Source: Acidobacteriota bacterium (GTDB lineage Bacteria; Acidobacteriota; UBA6911; RPQK01; JADFOI01). From it: DNA of 64,000 nucleotides. The stretch spans positions 2,144,001-2,208,000 of the forward strand of contig OY760074.1 of assembly GCA_963663035.1 (NCBI GenBank). The letters run 5' to 3'. Both the position numbers and the translations under genes were made by a program. Below are positions 38,857 through 49,246 of this stretch, piece by piece. A model generated the notes under the pieces. That model searched no databases, had not been told where the DNA came from, and saw only the letters and a list, made by a program, of their open reading frames with translations. The stretch's first letter is position 1. The number at the start of each line of letters is the position of its first letter.

Positions 38857-39887
38857 AACATTCTTGGGTTGAGGTATCCCGATCCCGACTCCAGGAAAAC
38901 GTCGCGGCAATTCGAAACCACCTTTCGCCCTCAACCCGCATCATCGCTGTTGTCAAAGCTAATGCCTATGGCCATGGAGTCCAAGAGGTTTCCAGATGTC
39001 TGGTCGATCTCGGAATTGGCGACTTCACTGTGGCTACCCTGGAAGAGGCTGTCGAACTCAGAAAATATGTTCCAAGTGGAGAAATTCTGGTGTTAGACGG
39101 TTGCCTCAAAGGAGAGGAAAAGACTTTTCTCAAACATGATTTGACAGCTTCACTGTTCGACCGCAGAACCCTTCCAGATGACATGAAGGTTGAGGTCAAA
39201 ATCGATACCGGGATGACTCGCCTGGGCATACCTTGGAAAGAAGCCAGGGCCCTGGTAGCTGGCTTAACCTCACAAGTACGGGGATTGTTCTCACATTTTG
39301 CCTGCTCAGAACAGGATCCAGATTTCACCCGACTACAACTGGAACGCTTTCAAGAAGCTACTTCTGGCCTTCCTTACCCGCGGCATATCAGCAACAGCGC
39401 CGGCCTCCAGTTTCCAGAAGCTCAGCTGGACGCGGTTCGCCTCGGTTTGTTGCTTTACGGCATCTCTCTCTGCCCATCCCTTGACTTTGTCAGCCCCATA
39501 CTTCGCTGGAAAACTCGCACCCTCACCATCCAACACGTTCCTCAAGGGCAATCCATCGGCTACTGTGGCACATTCACCACCCAGCGGGATAGTCTGGTGG
39601 GTGTCCTGCCGGTTGGATACGCCGACGGTTACAACCGGCTCCTGTCCAACCGAGGTCAGGTTCGGATTCGAGGTCAGCTTGTCCCAGTCTTGGGTCGGGT
39701 GAGTATGGACCTGATCAGCGTCGATTTGACCGACATCTCCGACCCGGCAGCCGGAGAAGAGGTCGTGCTGCTGGAGGATTCTCCTGATTCCCCTATTGCT
39801 GCCACCGCATGGGCCAAGACCCTGGGAACCAATCCCTATGAGGTACTCACTTCCATCGGAAGTCGGGTCGAGAGAGTCCGAAGCTAG
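38853..39887 (+). CDS. alr: Alanine racemase
   Basis: AVVKANAYGHG, DTGMTRLG, GYADGY, GRVSMD. Confidence 0.96.
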   Translation: MKHSWVEVSRSRLQENVAAIRNHLSPSTRIIAVVKANAYGHGVQEVSRCLVDLGIGDFTVATLEEAVELRKYVPSGEILVLDGCLKGEEKTFLKHDLTASLFDRRTLPDDMKVEVKIDTGMTRLGIPWKEARALVAGLTSQVRGLFSHFACSEQDPDFTRLQLERFQEATSGLPYPRHISNSAGLQFPEAQLDAVRLGLLLYGISLCPSLDFVSPILRWKTRTLTIQHVPQGQSIGYCGTFTTQRDSLVGVLPVGYADGYNRLLSNRGQVRIRGQLVPVLGRVSMDLISVDLTDISDPAAGEEVVLLEDSPDSPIAATAWAKTLGTNPYEVLTSIGSRVERVRS

Positions 39888-39899
39888 TGATCAGCTGGT

Positions 39900-41140
39900 T
39901 CAAAAAGGGATGTAGTTTTGGCTCTGCGGATTCCAGCGCAGTCTCAGACAACTCAGGCAGGACTCCACCGGTTGGTTGACCAAAACCATCTCCGGCTCCC
40001 ATCCCGGTACTACTCTGGTCGAGAACTTTGCAATCCCGGGGTTCTGAGGAAAGTTCACGATCAACAGGGGGGCCGGTGAAGGTTCTAACCATTGTTCCAC
40101 GAGCTGGGTGGTGGAAGCCGCCCGCTCTTCAAACTGTGCATCCTTTACAAACCAGATATAGCCAATGTTAATTGCTACGAATGCCGCCACAAAGATCTTG
40201 CGAATCCTGGCAGAATCGATTTCTCTCAGCATCACGGCCAGAACGGAGACCAGGCCCATTGATGCCAGATACATATTGCGACTGGGGACCTGAGCCTGGT
40301 AAGTGAGAAAAATATAAGGAAGCAGCGCTACCAGGATCCATCCAACCCCGGCCCGGACCTTTAGGAGAGGACGCCACCCTATTCGCCAGAGCACCACAAC
40401 CAGCAGCAGGTATAACCAGGGGAAAGCGAGTTTGTGCAGACTATTTGCCCATACCCACAGGGCATGAGGCCCAAAGGCATAGAACTCATGAATAATCAGA
40501 CTGTTAGTGGAGCTCGTATAGAGGAAGATCCCCGCAAAAAAAAAGGTGGCAACCAAGAAGTAAAGGTGCTCCCGCCGGACTACAAATCTTTCTTCTTTCC
40601 AGAACTCAACCAGAAGCAGGAGAACTAGAATGACTGGTGCAGACTCCTTGGAGAACAGAGCAAGAGTGTAAAAGGCAAAGGCTCACAAAATATCGCCCCT
40701 TAAGCCACAGCAGTAGCGCCACCAGCGCACAAAGACCCACCAGGGCTTCGTCTCATACCCACCAGCCACCATCACACCGCCTCCATGGGATTCTGGACTG
40801 TAACAAAGAGCACAGCCGCAAGAAGGCCCTTTCCTGCTCTTCCAGTGATCAGGGAAATCAACTTCCACAGAAGTAAAGCATTGACAACATGCACAAGAAT
40901 CGTGAAAACGTAAAAAAACTCCGAGCGATACCCGAAAATCCCCTTCAACAACCGAAAGGCCACATAACTGGTCAGGCGAAAGTTCTCTGGCGGAATCTCG
41001 AACAAGAAAGCGAAAGTCAGTCCCCCCGTGTTCACTCTCTCTAATATGACGTAGTCGTCAGAAATGAAATTATTATTCAAGGCCGGCCAATAGGCGGTGA
41101 AGCCCAGCCCTGCCAAAAGTAAAACAACTTTCCAGTTCAT
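39900..41140 (-). pseudogene. Multiply frameshifted GT-C-like polytopic membrane protein
   Basis: N-part MNWK..FISDDY..FRLT..PMEAV*; middle pieces EALVGLCALVALLLWLKGRY and LALFSKESAPV in shifted frames; C-part to 39900. Confidence 0.7.
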
Positions 41141-41365
41141 AGAGAACTCAGAGAGCAGCCTTCGCCCTTTGCCTCCCCTTTCCTGAAGCCACCACCATCC
41201 GATTCCGGTTGAAATGACATTTCGGAGCAAACGCGCTACAATCGATCTGTCAATAACTTAGCAGAAAACCAAAAGGCAGCACAGGTTTAGACTTTTGTTG
41301 CCCCTTTGATTGCCGAAAGATGATCTTCGGGAAGGTTCAGTCTTCTGGAGAGGTTCCCCACACCG

Positions 41366-42037
41366 GTGAGTACGAGCAAGAGCAGTGACACTTCCTTGAT
41401 TGGTCTTGTTCTGGCAGCCGCGGGTAGCGGGTCTCGATTCGGGTCCGACACTCCTAAACAATTTCGACAGCTCGACGGGCTTCCTCTCTACCTGCATGCC
41501 TTGGAGCGATTTTCTATCTTCTTCGAGGTGGCTGTGGTCGTACTTCCCGGCGGTTGGGAGGAAAAAGTGGAAAGTCAGGTCCAGTCTTTGTCCTACCGGG
41601 AGAAACTGATCCTACAGGTTGGTGGCCCCCAGCGCCAGGACTCCGTTTTTCAAGGCCTCAGCCGACTCCCAGATAGCACGGACATCGTGTTGATACACGA
41701 CGCCGCACGTCCTTTCACTTCTTCTGAGCTCATTTCCAGGGTGATTGAAACGACCCGCCTTCATCAAGCCTGCGTGCCCGTGCTTCCTGTGAGGGACACC
41801 CTTAAGGAGGTTCGCGGTGGACGTATTGTCCGCACACTCGACCGTGAAAGCCTGAGCCTCGTTCAAACTCCTCAGGGTTTTGAGAGCAATCTCTTGAAAA
41901 GGGCTTTTAATCAGGCCCGCAAAGACGGCTTTTACGGAACCGATGAGTCGACACTGGTAGAACGGTTGGGTTCACCTGTCCACGTTGTAGCTGGAGAGAG
42001 GTCCAATCTCAAAGTCACCTGGAAGGAGGACTTGTGA
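41366..42037 (+). CDS. ispD: 2-C-methyl-D-erythritol 4-phosphate cytidylyltransferase
   Basis: AAGSGSRFG..PKQF, RQDSV, IHDAARP, VQTPQGF, NLKVT. Confidence 0.96.
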   Translation: MSTSKSSDTSLIGLVLAAAGSGSRFGSDTPKQFRQLDGLPLYLHALERFSIFFEVAVVVLPGGWEEKVESQVQSLSYREKLILQVGGPQRQDSVFQGLSRLPDSTDIVLIHDAARPFTSSELISRVIETTRLHQACVPVLPVRDTLKEVRGGRIVRTLDRESLSLVQTPQGFESNLLKRAFNQARKDGFYGTDESTLVERLGSPVHVVAGERSNLKVTWKEDL

Positions 42038-42537
42038 GCTCGGTGATGAAACCAGGCATGAGGGTGGGTACAGGCTACGACTTTCACGCCTTTGAAGAGG
42101 GTGGGAGACTCGTCCTGGGAGGTGTGGAAATCCCTCATGATAGAGGCTTGAAGGGCCACTCCGATGCTGATGCTGTCCTGCACGCGATCATGGATGCCCT
42201 ACTGGGAGCAGCCGGACTCAAGGACATCGGCAGTTATTTCCCCAATACCGATCCTCAATACCGAAAGATCTCCAGTCTTCTGCTTTTAGAGAAGGTTTAC
42301 CGGCTGATTCGAGGAAAAGGTTTTTCAGTGGGGAACATCGACTTAACGGTGATCACCGAGGAGCCCAGGATTCAGCCTCATATCGAAGCCATGAAAGCCA
42401 ATTTGGCTCGAATTCTGCATCTCAAGGCCGACGAGATCGGAATCAAGGCCACCACAATGGAGGGAAAAGGAACGATTGGCCAGGGAGAGGGTCTGGCTGT
42501 CCAAGCCATTGCGCTGCTGATTCAGGAAGGGAAATAG
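42034..42537 (+). CDS. ispF: MECDP synthase
   Basis: GYDFH, GHSDADAVLHA..DALLGA, KATT.E. Confidence 0.97.
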   Translation: MSSVMKPGMRVGTGYDFHAFEEGGRLVLGGVEIPHDRGLKGHSDADAVLHAIMDALLGAAGLKDIGSYFPNTDPQYRKISSLLLLEKVYRLIRGKGFSVGNIDLTVITEEPRIQPHIEAMKANLARILHLKADEIGIKATTMEGKGTIGQGEGLAVQAIALLIQEGK

Positions 42538-42543
42538 GATAGC

Positions 42544-43341
42544 GTGACAGCCAACTTGATCTCCAGGATATCTTCGGTGGCCAGAGAGGCAGCCCTGGAA
42601 GCCGGACAGATGCTGCTCTCCCATTTACAGACCGACTTTAAAATCTCCAAGAAGGGCCGCATCAATCTCGTCACAGAAATGGACCTGAAGGCTGAAAAGA
42701 TCATCGTCGATCGGATTCGTCTGGATTTTCCCGATCATGAGATCCTTGCTGAAGAGCGGGGTACCCAGGCTGGAACTGGTGATTGTAAGTGGATTATTGA
42801 TCCCTTGGATGGGACCACCAATTATGCCCATGGGTACCGGTTTTTCTGCGTGTCCATCGCCGTAGAAGTGGAGGGTCAGCTGACTGTGGGCGTGGTGTAC
42901 GACCCGGTGACCGAAGAATTCTTTTCAGCGAGAAAAGGTGAGGGTGCTACTTTGAATGGCCAGCCGATACAGGTCTCCACTGAAGATGTGTTGGTCGACA
43001 GCCTGCTGTGCACTGGCTTTTCCTATCAGAAAACAGAAATCCAGAGAAACCTGGAGCTGTTCGACCAAATCATCTTTCACTGCCGGGCGATCCGCCGCGA
43101 TGGTTCAGCGGCGCTGGATTTATGTTACGTGGCCTGTGGGCGATTTGATGGATTCTGGGAGTTGAGTTTGAATTGTTGGGACGTGGCTGCTGGTCGCTTG
43201 ATGGTGGAAGAAGCGGGTGGATATGTGACGGCTTTCGATGGGTCCCCCTGTACCATCTACGAACAGGAGCTTGTGGCCAGCAACGGCAAGATCCATTCCG
43301 CCATGTTGGAGTTTCTGGACCGCGGAAACGCTGACCGCTGA
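42544..43341 (+). CDS. suhB: Inositol monophosphatase family protein
   Basis: WIIDPLDGTTNY, GSAALDLCYVA.GR.DGFWE, WDVAAG. Confidence 0.93.
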   Translation: MTANLISRISSVAREAALEAGQMLLSHLQTDFKISKKGRINLVTEMDLKAEKIIVDRIRLDFPDHEILAEERGTQAGTGDCKWIIDPLDGTTNYAHGYRFFCVSIAVEVEGQLTVGVVYDPVTEEFFSARKGEGATLNGQPIQVSTEDVLVDSLLCTGFSYQKTEIQRNLELFDQIIFHCRAIRRDGSAALDLCYVACGRFDGFWELSLNCWDVAAGRLMVEEAGGYVTAFDGSPCTIYEQELVASNGKIHSAMLEFLDRGNADR

Positions 43342-43385
43342 CTCATTCTGAATTCTTCTTCTGGTCAGCAGTTAGTGGTCAGTGT

Positions 43386-43982
43386 TTATACGATCAGGTG
43401 TTTTTCTCTGCCGTAGGCTTCCGGGTGGTAGAACGGCGCAAAAGCGGCAGTCAAGGCAGTGACAAAGGAATCCTTTCGCGTCAGAATCTCTCGAGTCAGC
43501 ACTCCCCAGGTACCCTGCTTGTTTCCCACATCTGATTGGTTCCTGAAACGGTCGATAACAATCCCCAACTCAATCCCTCGATCGATGACCGGATCGGCAA
43601 TGGAGGAGGGAACATAGAGCCCACCACCGTGTCCGAAGAAGCCCAAATACCCGTCGGACACATAGGCCCAACTCTCCAAGAAGACCTGGCGTCGCGGCCC
43701 TTGAGAACCGATCACATTGAACCCACCTTCCAGCCCCACATAAAAAGTGGCTTCGGTCTTTTCTTTCTTCAATTGCAAGGCCATGTTTTCGGCGCGGCTA
43801 CGCGCGCCATTCATCAGATCGGAGACAGTCAAAGGCATGCTAGAAGTCCCATTTGAGACGTCATAACCGCTGAAGATCGCCTCTTCCTCAGGATCGCTGA
43901 GGATTTTGGATGCGAAGATCTTCCAGGCCTCTTTCACAGCCTCCACTTTGGGTTCCCGTGTACTGCCGATGGCGATCTTCAT
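43386..43982 (-). CDS. yjjX: Inosine/xanthosine triphosphatase (DUF84)
   Basis: IAIGST..PKVEAV, GA..RA, VGLEGG, ELG..ID, G..GVLT. Confidence 0.85.
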   Translation of the reverse strand: MKIAIGSTREPKVEAVKEAWKIFASKILSDPEEEAIFSGYDVSNGTSSMPLTVSDLMNGARSRAENMALQLKKEKTEATFYVGLEGGFNVIGSQGPRRQVFLESWAYVSDGYLGFFGHGGGLYVPSSIADPVIDRGIELGIVIDRFRNQSDVGNKQGTWGVLTREILTRKDSFVTALTAAFAPFYHPEAYGREKHLIV

Positions 43983-44015
43983 CCAGCTTATTCTATGCCC
44001 TCGCTCTGACAGGGG

Positions 44016-44060
44016 ATCAGTGGTCAGCGGTTCTATTGTCAGTTGTCAGTTGTCAGTTGT
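44016..44060. repeat. tgtcagt-type heptamer tract at the uvrC stop
   Basis: tcagtggtcagcgg...tgtcagttgtcagttgtcagttg. Confidence 0.75.
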
Positions 44061-45858
44061 TGAGCTTCTTCCTAATCACCCTTGCCAGTTTCTCTCCCAC
44101 GAATGGAACCAGTTCCTCCACACTGGCCTGGCGAATTTTGGCCATACTGCCAAAATTGCGCAACAGCCGCTTTTTCCGCTTTTCTCCGACGCCCGGAATC
44201 TGGTCCAATTCCGATTGAAAGTCACGCAGTGAACGCCGTTTCCGGTGATAGGTCACCGCAACACGATGGGCCTCATCACGGATCTCCTGGACCAGCTGAA
44301 GCACAGAAGAGGTGTGCGGCAAAACCAGCGGACTCTCCTGCCCTTGAACGAAAATGACCTCCTCACGTTTGGCAATACTGGCCAGCGGAACATCTTCAAT
44401 TCCCAGCTTGGAAAGGGCCTGGTAGGCAGAGTGAAGCTGTCCCTTTCCTCCATCAATCAAAATGAGGTCGGGCAAAGGGGCTTCTTCAGCCAGTACTCTG
44501 CGATAGCGCCTGTAGACAACTTCATAGATGGAAAGAACATCATCCGGTCCCTTGACCGTTTTGATTTTGAACTTTCGATACTGATCCTTTTTCATGACAC
44601 CCCCTTGGCACACGACCAGTGAGGCCACAGTTTCTGCCCCCTGTATATTGGAGACATCAAAGGCTTCAATCCACTTTGGACTCTCAGCAAGATCCAGTTC
44701 TTTCTGAAGCTTCTCCAAGACCTCCTGCTTGTTCGATCTGAGGAGCTTAAAACGTGTCTCGAAGGCGATCTTGGCGTTTCTTTCCACCAGCAGTAACAAA
44801 TCGTGTTTTTTCCCTTTTTGGGGCACCACGATTCGCACTCTCCGGCCCTTGCCATACTCGGATAGCTTCTGGCTCAGCCATTGACTCAGTAATTCCTGAT
44901 CTTCAATTTCAACTGGGAGGTAAATCTGGCGGGGGATAAATCCTGCAGTGAGATAGTACTGCTGCAGGGCAGCACCCAAGAATTGTGAGGGCTGGAAAAA
45001 ATCCAAATCTTCCCAGTAAAACTCGCGTTTTCCAACAATCTTCCCACCTCGCAGCGTAAAGAGCTGAAGTGCCGAGCGCCCTCCTTCCCGGTAGTAGGCA
45101 AAGACGTCAACATCTTCCTTACTGCTTTGGATTGCTTTCTGTTTTTCAGTCAGATCCCGCAACATTCCGATTCGGTCACGAAAAAAGGCGGCGGCCTCGT
45201 AGTGCTGCCTTTCAGAAGCCTCCATCATCTTTGCAGACAGGTTTCGCATCAGCTCTTTATTCTTTCCTTCCAGGAAAAGAACCACATCTTTGACGGACCG
45301 AGCGTACTCCTGCTGCGTGCAGAGACCTTGAACACAAGGACCCCAGCAGCGCTTGATGTGGTATTCCAGGCAGGGCCGGTCAAGGTTACCGTCAATGTCC
45401 AAAGTGCAGGTCCGCAGCAGAAAGTGGCGGTTGATGATTTTGATGGTGTTGCGTGCCAGGGATGCGGGCAAGACGGGGCCGAAGTAAAGAGCCCCGTCCT
45501 TGAGCACTCTCCGAGTCAAGAGCACCCGTGGATAAGGTTCGTTGACAGTCAGTTTGATATGCAGGAAGGCCTTGTCGTCCTTGAGGTTGACATTGAACTT
45601 GGGCTTTTGTTCTTTCACCAGGTTGCTCTCCAAAAAGAGAGCTTCCAGTTCATTGTCGGTCAGGATGTAATCCAGATCATGGATGTGCTCCTTGAGAACC
45701 TCGGTTTTCCGATCGAGTCCGCGAGAAGATTGAAAATAGGAGCGGACACGGTGCTTGAGACTTTTGGCTTTACCAATGTAGATTACTGTCTGGCTTGAAT
45801 CTTTGAAGAGATAGACACCCGGCCTGTCGGGAATGCTATCGAGCTTTTCCTCCAGCAC
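44053..45858 (-). CDS. uvrC: Excinuclease ABC subunit C
   Basis: PGVYLF..VIYIGKAKSL..RVRSYF, RDEAHR, IPGVGEKR. Confidence 0.97.
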   Translation of the reverse strand: MLEEKLDSIPDRPGVYLFKDSSQTVIYIGKAKSLKHRVRSYFQSSRGLDRKTEVLKEHIHDLDYILTDNELEALFLESNLVKEQKPKFNVNLKDDKAFLHIKLTVNEPYPRVLLTRRVLKDGALYFGPVLPASLARNTIKIINRHFLLRTCTLDIDGNLDRPCLEYHIKRCWGPCVQGLCTQQEYARSVKDVVLFLEGKNKELMRNLSAKMMEASERQHYEAAAFFRDRIGMLRDLTEKQKAIQSSKEDVDVFAYYREGGRSALQLFTLRGGKIVGKREFYWEDLDFFQPSQFLGAALQQYYLTAGFIPRQIYLPVEIEDQELLSQWLSQKLSEYGKGRRVRIVVPQKGKKHDLLLLVERNAKIAFETRFKLLRSNKQEVLEKLQKELDLAESPKWIEAFDVSNIQGAETVASLVVCQGGVMKKDQYRKFKIKTVKGPDDVLSIYEVVYRRYRRVLAEEAPLPDLILIDGGKGQLHSAYQALSKLGIEDVPLASIAKREEVIFVQGQESPLVLPHTSSVLQLVQEIRDEAHRVAVTYHRKRRSLRDFQSELDQIPGVGEKRKKRLLRNFGSMAKIRQASVEELVPFVGEKLARVIRKKLNN

Positions 45859-45872
45859 AGTGCAATTATATA

Positions 45873-46127
45873 AGACAGGAGGTAGGAGACAGGAGTCAGG
45901 AGGCAGAATTCTAAGCTCAAAGTTCAGAAACAGCAGCTGTCTGGACCCTTCTCCTGCCTCCTGTCTCCTGTCTCCTGCCTCCTGCCTCCTACCTCCTGCC
46001 TCCTGCCTCCTACCTCCTGCCTCCTGCCTCCTACCTCCTGCCTCCTACCTCCTGCCTCCTGTCCCCTGCCTCCTGTCCCCTGCCTCCTGTCCCCTGCCTC
46101 CTGCCTCCTGCCTTCTCTCTTCTGACT
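45873..46127. repeat. Inverted heptamer pair: short aggag.. arm, spacer, and long cctgcct tract (over 20 units)
   Basis: agacaggaggtaggagacaggagtcaggaggcagaa ... tctcctgcctcctgtctcc... Confidence 0.9.
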
Positions 46128-46155
46128 TATTGTGATAAAGTGGCCTCAATCGTCT

Positions 46156-46797
46156 ATGAATCTTCCCAACTCCTTGACCGTATTTCGGATCTTTTTGATT
46201 CCTCTGCTGGTCGTCGTGCTTTTGACCGGACGCTTTTCAGACCGCGAGTTTTGGGGTTTTATCGTGTTTGTGGTCGCGGCTCTGACGGATTATCTCGATG
46301 GCTATCTTGCCCGAAAGCGACAGCAGGTCACGACCCTCGGCAAGCTCCTGGACCCGATTGCCGATAAGCTGTTGATATCAGCTGCCTTCATCTCCCTCGT
46401 TGAACTGCGCATCGCCCCTGCCTGGATGGTGGTCATCATCGTTGGAAGGGAATTTGCTGTCACTGGCCTGCGCAGTATTGCGGCATCTGAAGGTTTCACC
46501 ATCGACGCCTCCCGACTTGGAAAATCGAAGATGGCAAGTCAGGTGGTGTGTGTCAGTCTCTTGATCCTGGGATGGCGTTTTCCTGAGACCTCTTTCACCA
46601 CCGCAGGCATCGTTTTCCTGTGGGTGGTGGTCGTGCTGGCCACCGTATCCATGATCCAGTACTTTAGAAAATTCTGGAGCCAGATCGACGAAAGTGTCAA
46701 ATATCGCAAACGCCGCGCCTACCGACGCCCCATCCAACTTCTACGAAGGCGTCGCAAAGGCTTGGGTGCACTAGTCAACACGGGAAAAGCATCTTGA
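46156..46797 (+). CDS. pgsA: Phosphatidylglycerophosphate synthase
   Basis: MNLPNSLT.FR, TDYLDGYLAR...T.LGKLLDP.ADK. Confidence 0.95.
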   Translation: MNLPNSLTVFRIFLIPLLVVVLLTGRFSDREFWGFIVFVVAALTDYLDGYLARKRQQVTTLGKLLDPIADKLLISAAFISLVELRIAPAWMVVIIVGREFAVTGLRSIAASEGFTIDASRLGKSKMASQVVCVSLLILGWRFPETSFTTAGIVFLWVVVVLATVSMIQYFRKFWSQIDESVKYRKRRAYRRPIQLLRRRRKGLGALVNTGKAS

Positions 46798-46822
46798 ACT
46801 GGTGCGGATCAAGCTCGGCTGA

Positions 46823-48271
46823 ATGATCAATCTTTGTCTCACTCTTGCAGAAGCTTCCTCTGCCGCCTTGACAGAGAAAATTGCCCGATACCTAGGTCAG
46901 GTTCGCTATATCGAGGTTCGCTTGGATCACCTGGCCGAGCCAAACCTACCCTCAGTCCCCTCCGGCCAGGGCACTGATTTCATCGCCACCTGTCGTCCTC
47001 GACGCGAGGGGGGCCGTTACCAAGGGGAAGAAAGAGATCGCCTGAACCTGCTGCAAAAAGCCGCCCACTCGGGCTTCTCTTGGTTAGATCTGGAACACGA
47101 TGTGGGGGAGACCCTGCTCATTCCCTCGTCGACTCGGATCGTGCGATCCTACCATTGCTTTGACCGTTTTCCCGAAGATTTGTCTTCTCGTTTTCAGAGC
47201 ATGACTGAAACAGGTGGGGATGTGATGAAACTAGCCGTCTCCGTCACCACGACACAGCAACTGGCCACATTGCTCGAGTGGATGGAATCGATGCTGAAGG
47301 TGGCTCCCTGCGTCATCCTGGGGATGGGAGATCTGGGGCAACCTTCCCGATTACTGGGAGGACTTTTGGGAAACTTCTGGACCTACGTAGCGGAAGACGA
47401 GCGAAGTAAGGTCGCCCCCGGGCAACCTACGCTCAAGAACGCTATCGAATGTTACCAGCTGCCCAACTGGAGGAGCGATCCCGCTATCTATGGCTTATTA
47501 GGGAATCCTATAGCACACTCGCTGTCACCGGTTATTCACAACCGGCTTTTCCAGCACTATCAATTGGAAAAAGTCTATCTACCCTTCCCACTTGACGATG
47601 TTGAAACCTGGTTTAAATACATCAGGAACAGCCGGCTTCCCTTCCAGGGATTCAGTGTGACGTTACCTTTCAAAACCGACGTCCTGAAGGTTGTCCAGGT
47701 GAAGAGGTCTCCCGTCGAGTCCCTAAACACACTAACGAAGAAAGGCTCGCGGTGGGAGGGCCTGAACACCGACTACGACGGATTTCTGGCTGCGCTGAAG
47801 TCATCTTTCTCGCTCAAGGGCAAAACGGCAGTTGTTCTGGGGAATGGCGGTGTTGCCCATACCGTAGTGAAGGCCCTTCAAGACCAGGGGACGGAGGTTA
47901 CGGTAGTTGGACGAGATCGGGAAAGGGTGTCCCGCTTCGCCAATAGCTACGGATGCCGCTCTGCCTTGTTTTCTGATTTGCCCATTGCCGCTGATATCTG
48001 TGTGAATGCCACTCCTGTTGGACAATTTCCCAATTCCCAGGATTCTCCTCTACAGAAAGATCAACTCGACTTTGAACTGATCTATGACTTGGTTTATCGT
48101 CCCGAGCAAACTCGGGTGCTGGAGTTGGCACGTCTCCAGGGTCTAAAGACCATCTCCGGGATGGAGATGTTCGTTGAGCAGGCGGCTCTTCAATTTGCCG
48201 CCTGGACTGGCATTTCTCCCGAGCGGGAAATGCTGAGGGAGATCATTCGGGAGACAGTAGGGGACCACTGA
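46823..48271 (+). CDS. aroE: Fused type I 3-dehydroquinase / shikimate dehydrogenase
   Basis: N-half IEVRLD, IVRSYH, MKLA, APGQ; C-half GNPIAHSLSP, SVTLPFK, NTDYDGF, MFVEQAALQF. Confidence 0.9.
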   Translation: MINLCLTLAEASSAALTEKIARYLGQVRYIEVRLDHLAEPNLPSVPSGQGTDFIATCRPRREGGRYQGEERDRLNLLQKAAHSGFSWLDLEHDVGETLLIPSSTRIVRSYHCFDRFPEDLSSRFQSMTETGGDVMKLAVSVTTTQQLATLLEWMESMLKVAPCVILGMGDLGQPSRLLGGLLGNFWTYVAEDERSKVAPGQPTLKNAIECYQLPNWRSDPAIYGLLGNPIAHSLSPVIHNRLFQHYQLEKVYLPFPLDDVETWFKYIRNSRLPFQGFSVTLPFKTDVLKVVQVKRSPVESLNTLTKKGSRWEGLNTDYDGFLAALKSSFSLKGKTAVVLGNGGVAHTVVKALQDQGTEVTVVGRDRERVSRFANSYGCRSALFSDLPIAADICVNATPVGQFPNSQDSPLQKDQLDFELIYDLVYRPEQTRVLELARLQGLKTISGMEMFVEQAALQFAAWTGISPEREMLREIIRETVGDH

Positions 48272-48301
48272 CAACTGACAGCCGATGGATGATAATTGAC
48301 T

Positions 48302-49246
48302 ATGGCCCGTGATTCCTTCTCCGTTCGAGTTCCTGCCAGCACCAGTAATCTGGGGTCTGGTTTTGATACCGTTTCTGCGGCCTTGAGTCTTTACTTGACG
48401 GTTCAGGTCGAGCCAACGGCTGGGAAACAGATCGAATGGGTTCAAGACGAAAGCTCAGGCTTCTCATTTGCTGAGGAAGATAATCTGATTTCTCGGTCTT
48501 TGCATGAAGCCTTCTCGATTCTAGGATCCCAACCCCCTGGCCTGCGCATCAGCATGGAGAACCCCGTCCCACTCAGCCGGGGACTGGGAAGCAGTGCAGC
48601 AGCCATCATAGCCGGTATCAAGATAGCGGAATTCGTCAGCGGTTCCACCTTCGATGCAGACCAGATCTTCCAGGTTGCCTATCCACTGGAAGGCCATCCC
48701 GACAATCTGGCAGCCAGCCTCCTGGGAGGTTGGGTGGTGTCCTGGGTGAGCGACACTCAAATGCAGGCTCAAAAACTCCTCTCCACCTTGTCCTGCCGAT
48801 TTGTCCTGGCGATTCCCCAGACAAGGATCTCGACTCGTGAAGCCCGGGCTATCTTACCGAAAAGCTACTCTCTTCAAGATGCCACCTACAATCTGCAGCG
48901 CTGTGCGCTGCTGATTCACGCATTGAACAGCGGACGGAAAGATCTGCTGCGGGAAGCCACTTCTGACCGGCTCCACCAAAGCTTTCGCGCACAGCTCGTT
49001 CCAGGTATGAAACAGCTGCTCAACCTGGAAAATCTTGACCCTGAGCTTGCAGGCTCTCTGTTGGGGATTTCTATTAGCGGTTCCGGCTCAGCTGCAATCG
49101 CACTGGCTGATGATCACCATGACGAGATCGCACGCTGGATGCTCGAAACACTTTCAGCAGAGGACACCCAGGCCAGTTCTCGAGTGCTCGATCTGGACAC
49201 AACTGGCGCTCAGGTCCTTCCAGGCGATGGTACAATCAAACCATGA
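48302..49246 (+). CDS. thrB: Homoserine kinase
   Basis: VPASTSNLGSGFD, PLSRGLGSSAAA, EGHPDN, DRLHQ, ISGSG. Confidence 0.95.
   Translation: MARDSFSVRVPASTSNLGSGFDTVSAALSLYLTVQVEPTAGKQIEWVQDESSGFSFAEEDNLISRSLHEAFSILGSQPPGLRISMENPVPLSRGLGSSAAAIIAGIKIAEFVSGSTFDADQIFQVAYPLEGHPDNLAASLLGGWVVSWVSDTQMQAQKLLSTLSCRFVLAIPQTRISTREARAILPKSYSLQDATYNLQRCALLIHALNSGRKDLLREATSDRLHQSFRAQLVPGMKQLLNLENLDPELAGSLLGISISGSGSAAIALADDHHDEIARWMLETLSAEDTQASSRVLDLDTTGAQVLPGDGTIKP

Noticed and set aside
45949-46127. Possible CRISPR array in the repeat tracts
   Set aside because: These are tandem 7-mers with no unique spacers, and there are no cas genes in the window.
45833-46135. ORF encoding (PASCLL)n
   Set aside because: It is only the translation of the heptamer tract, with no sign of a real gene.
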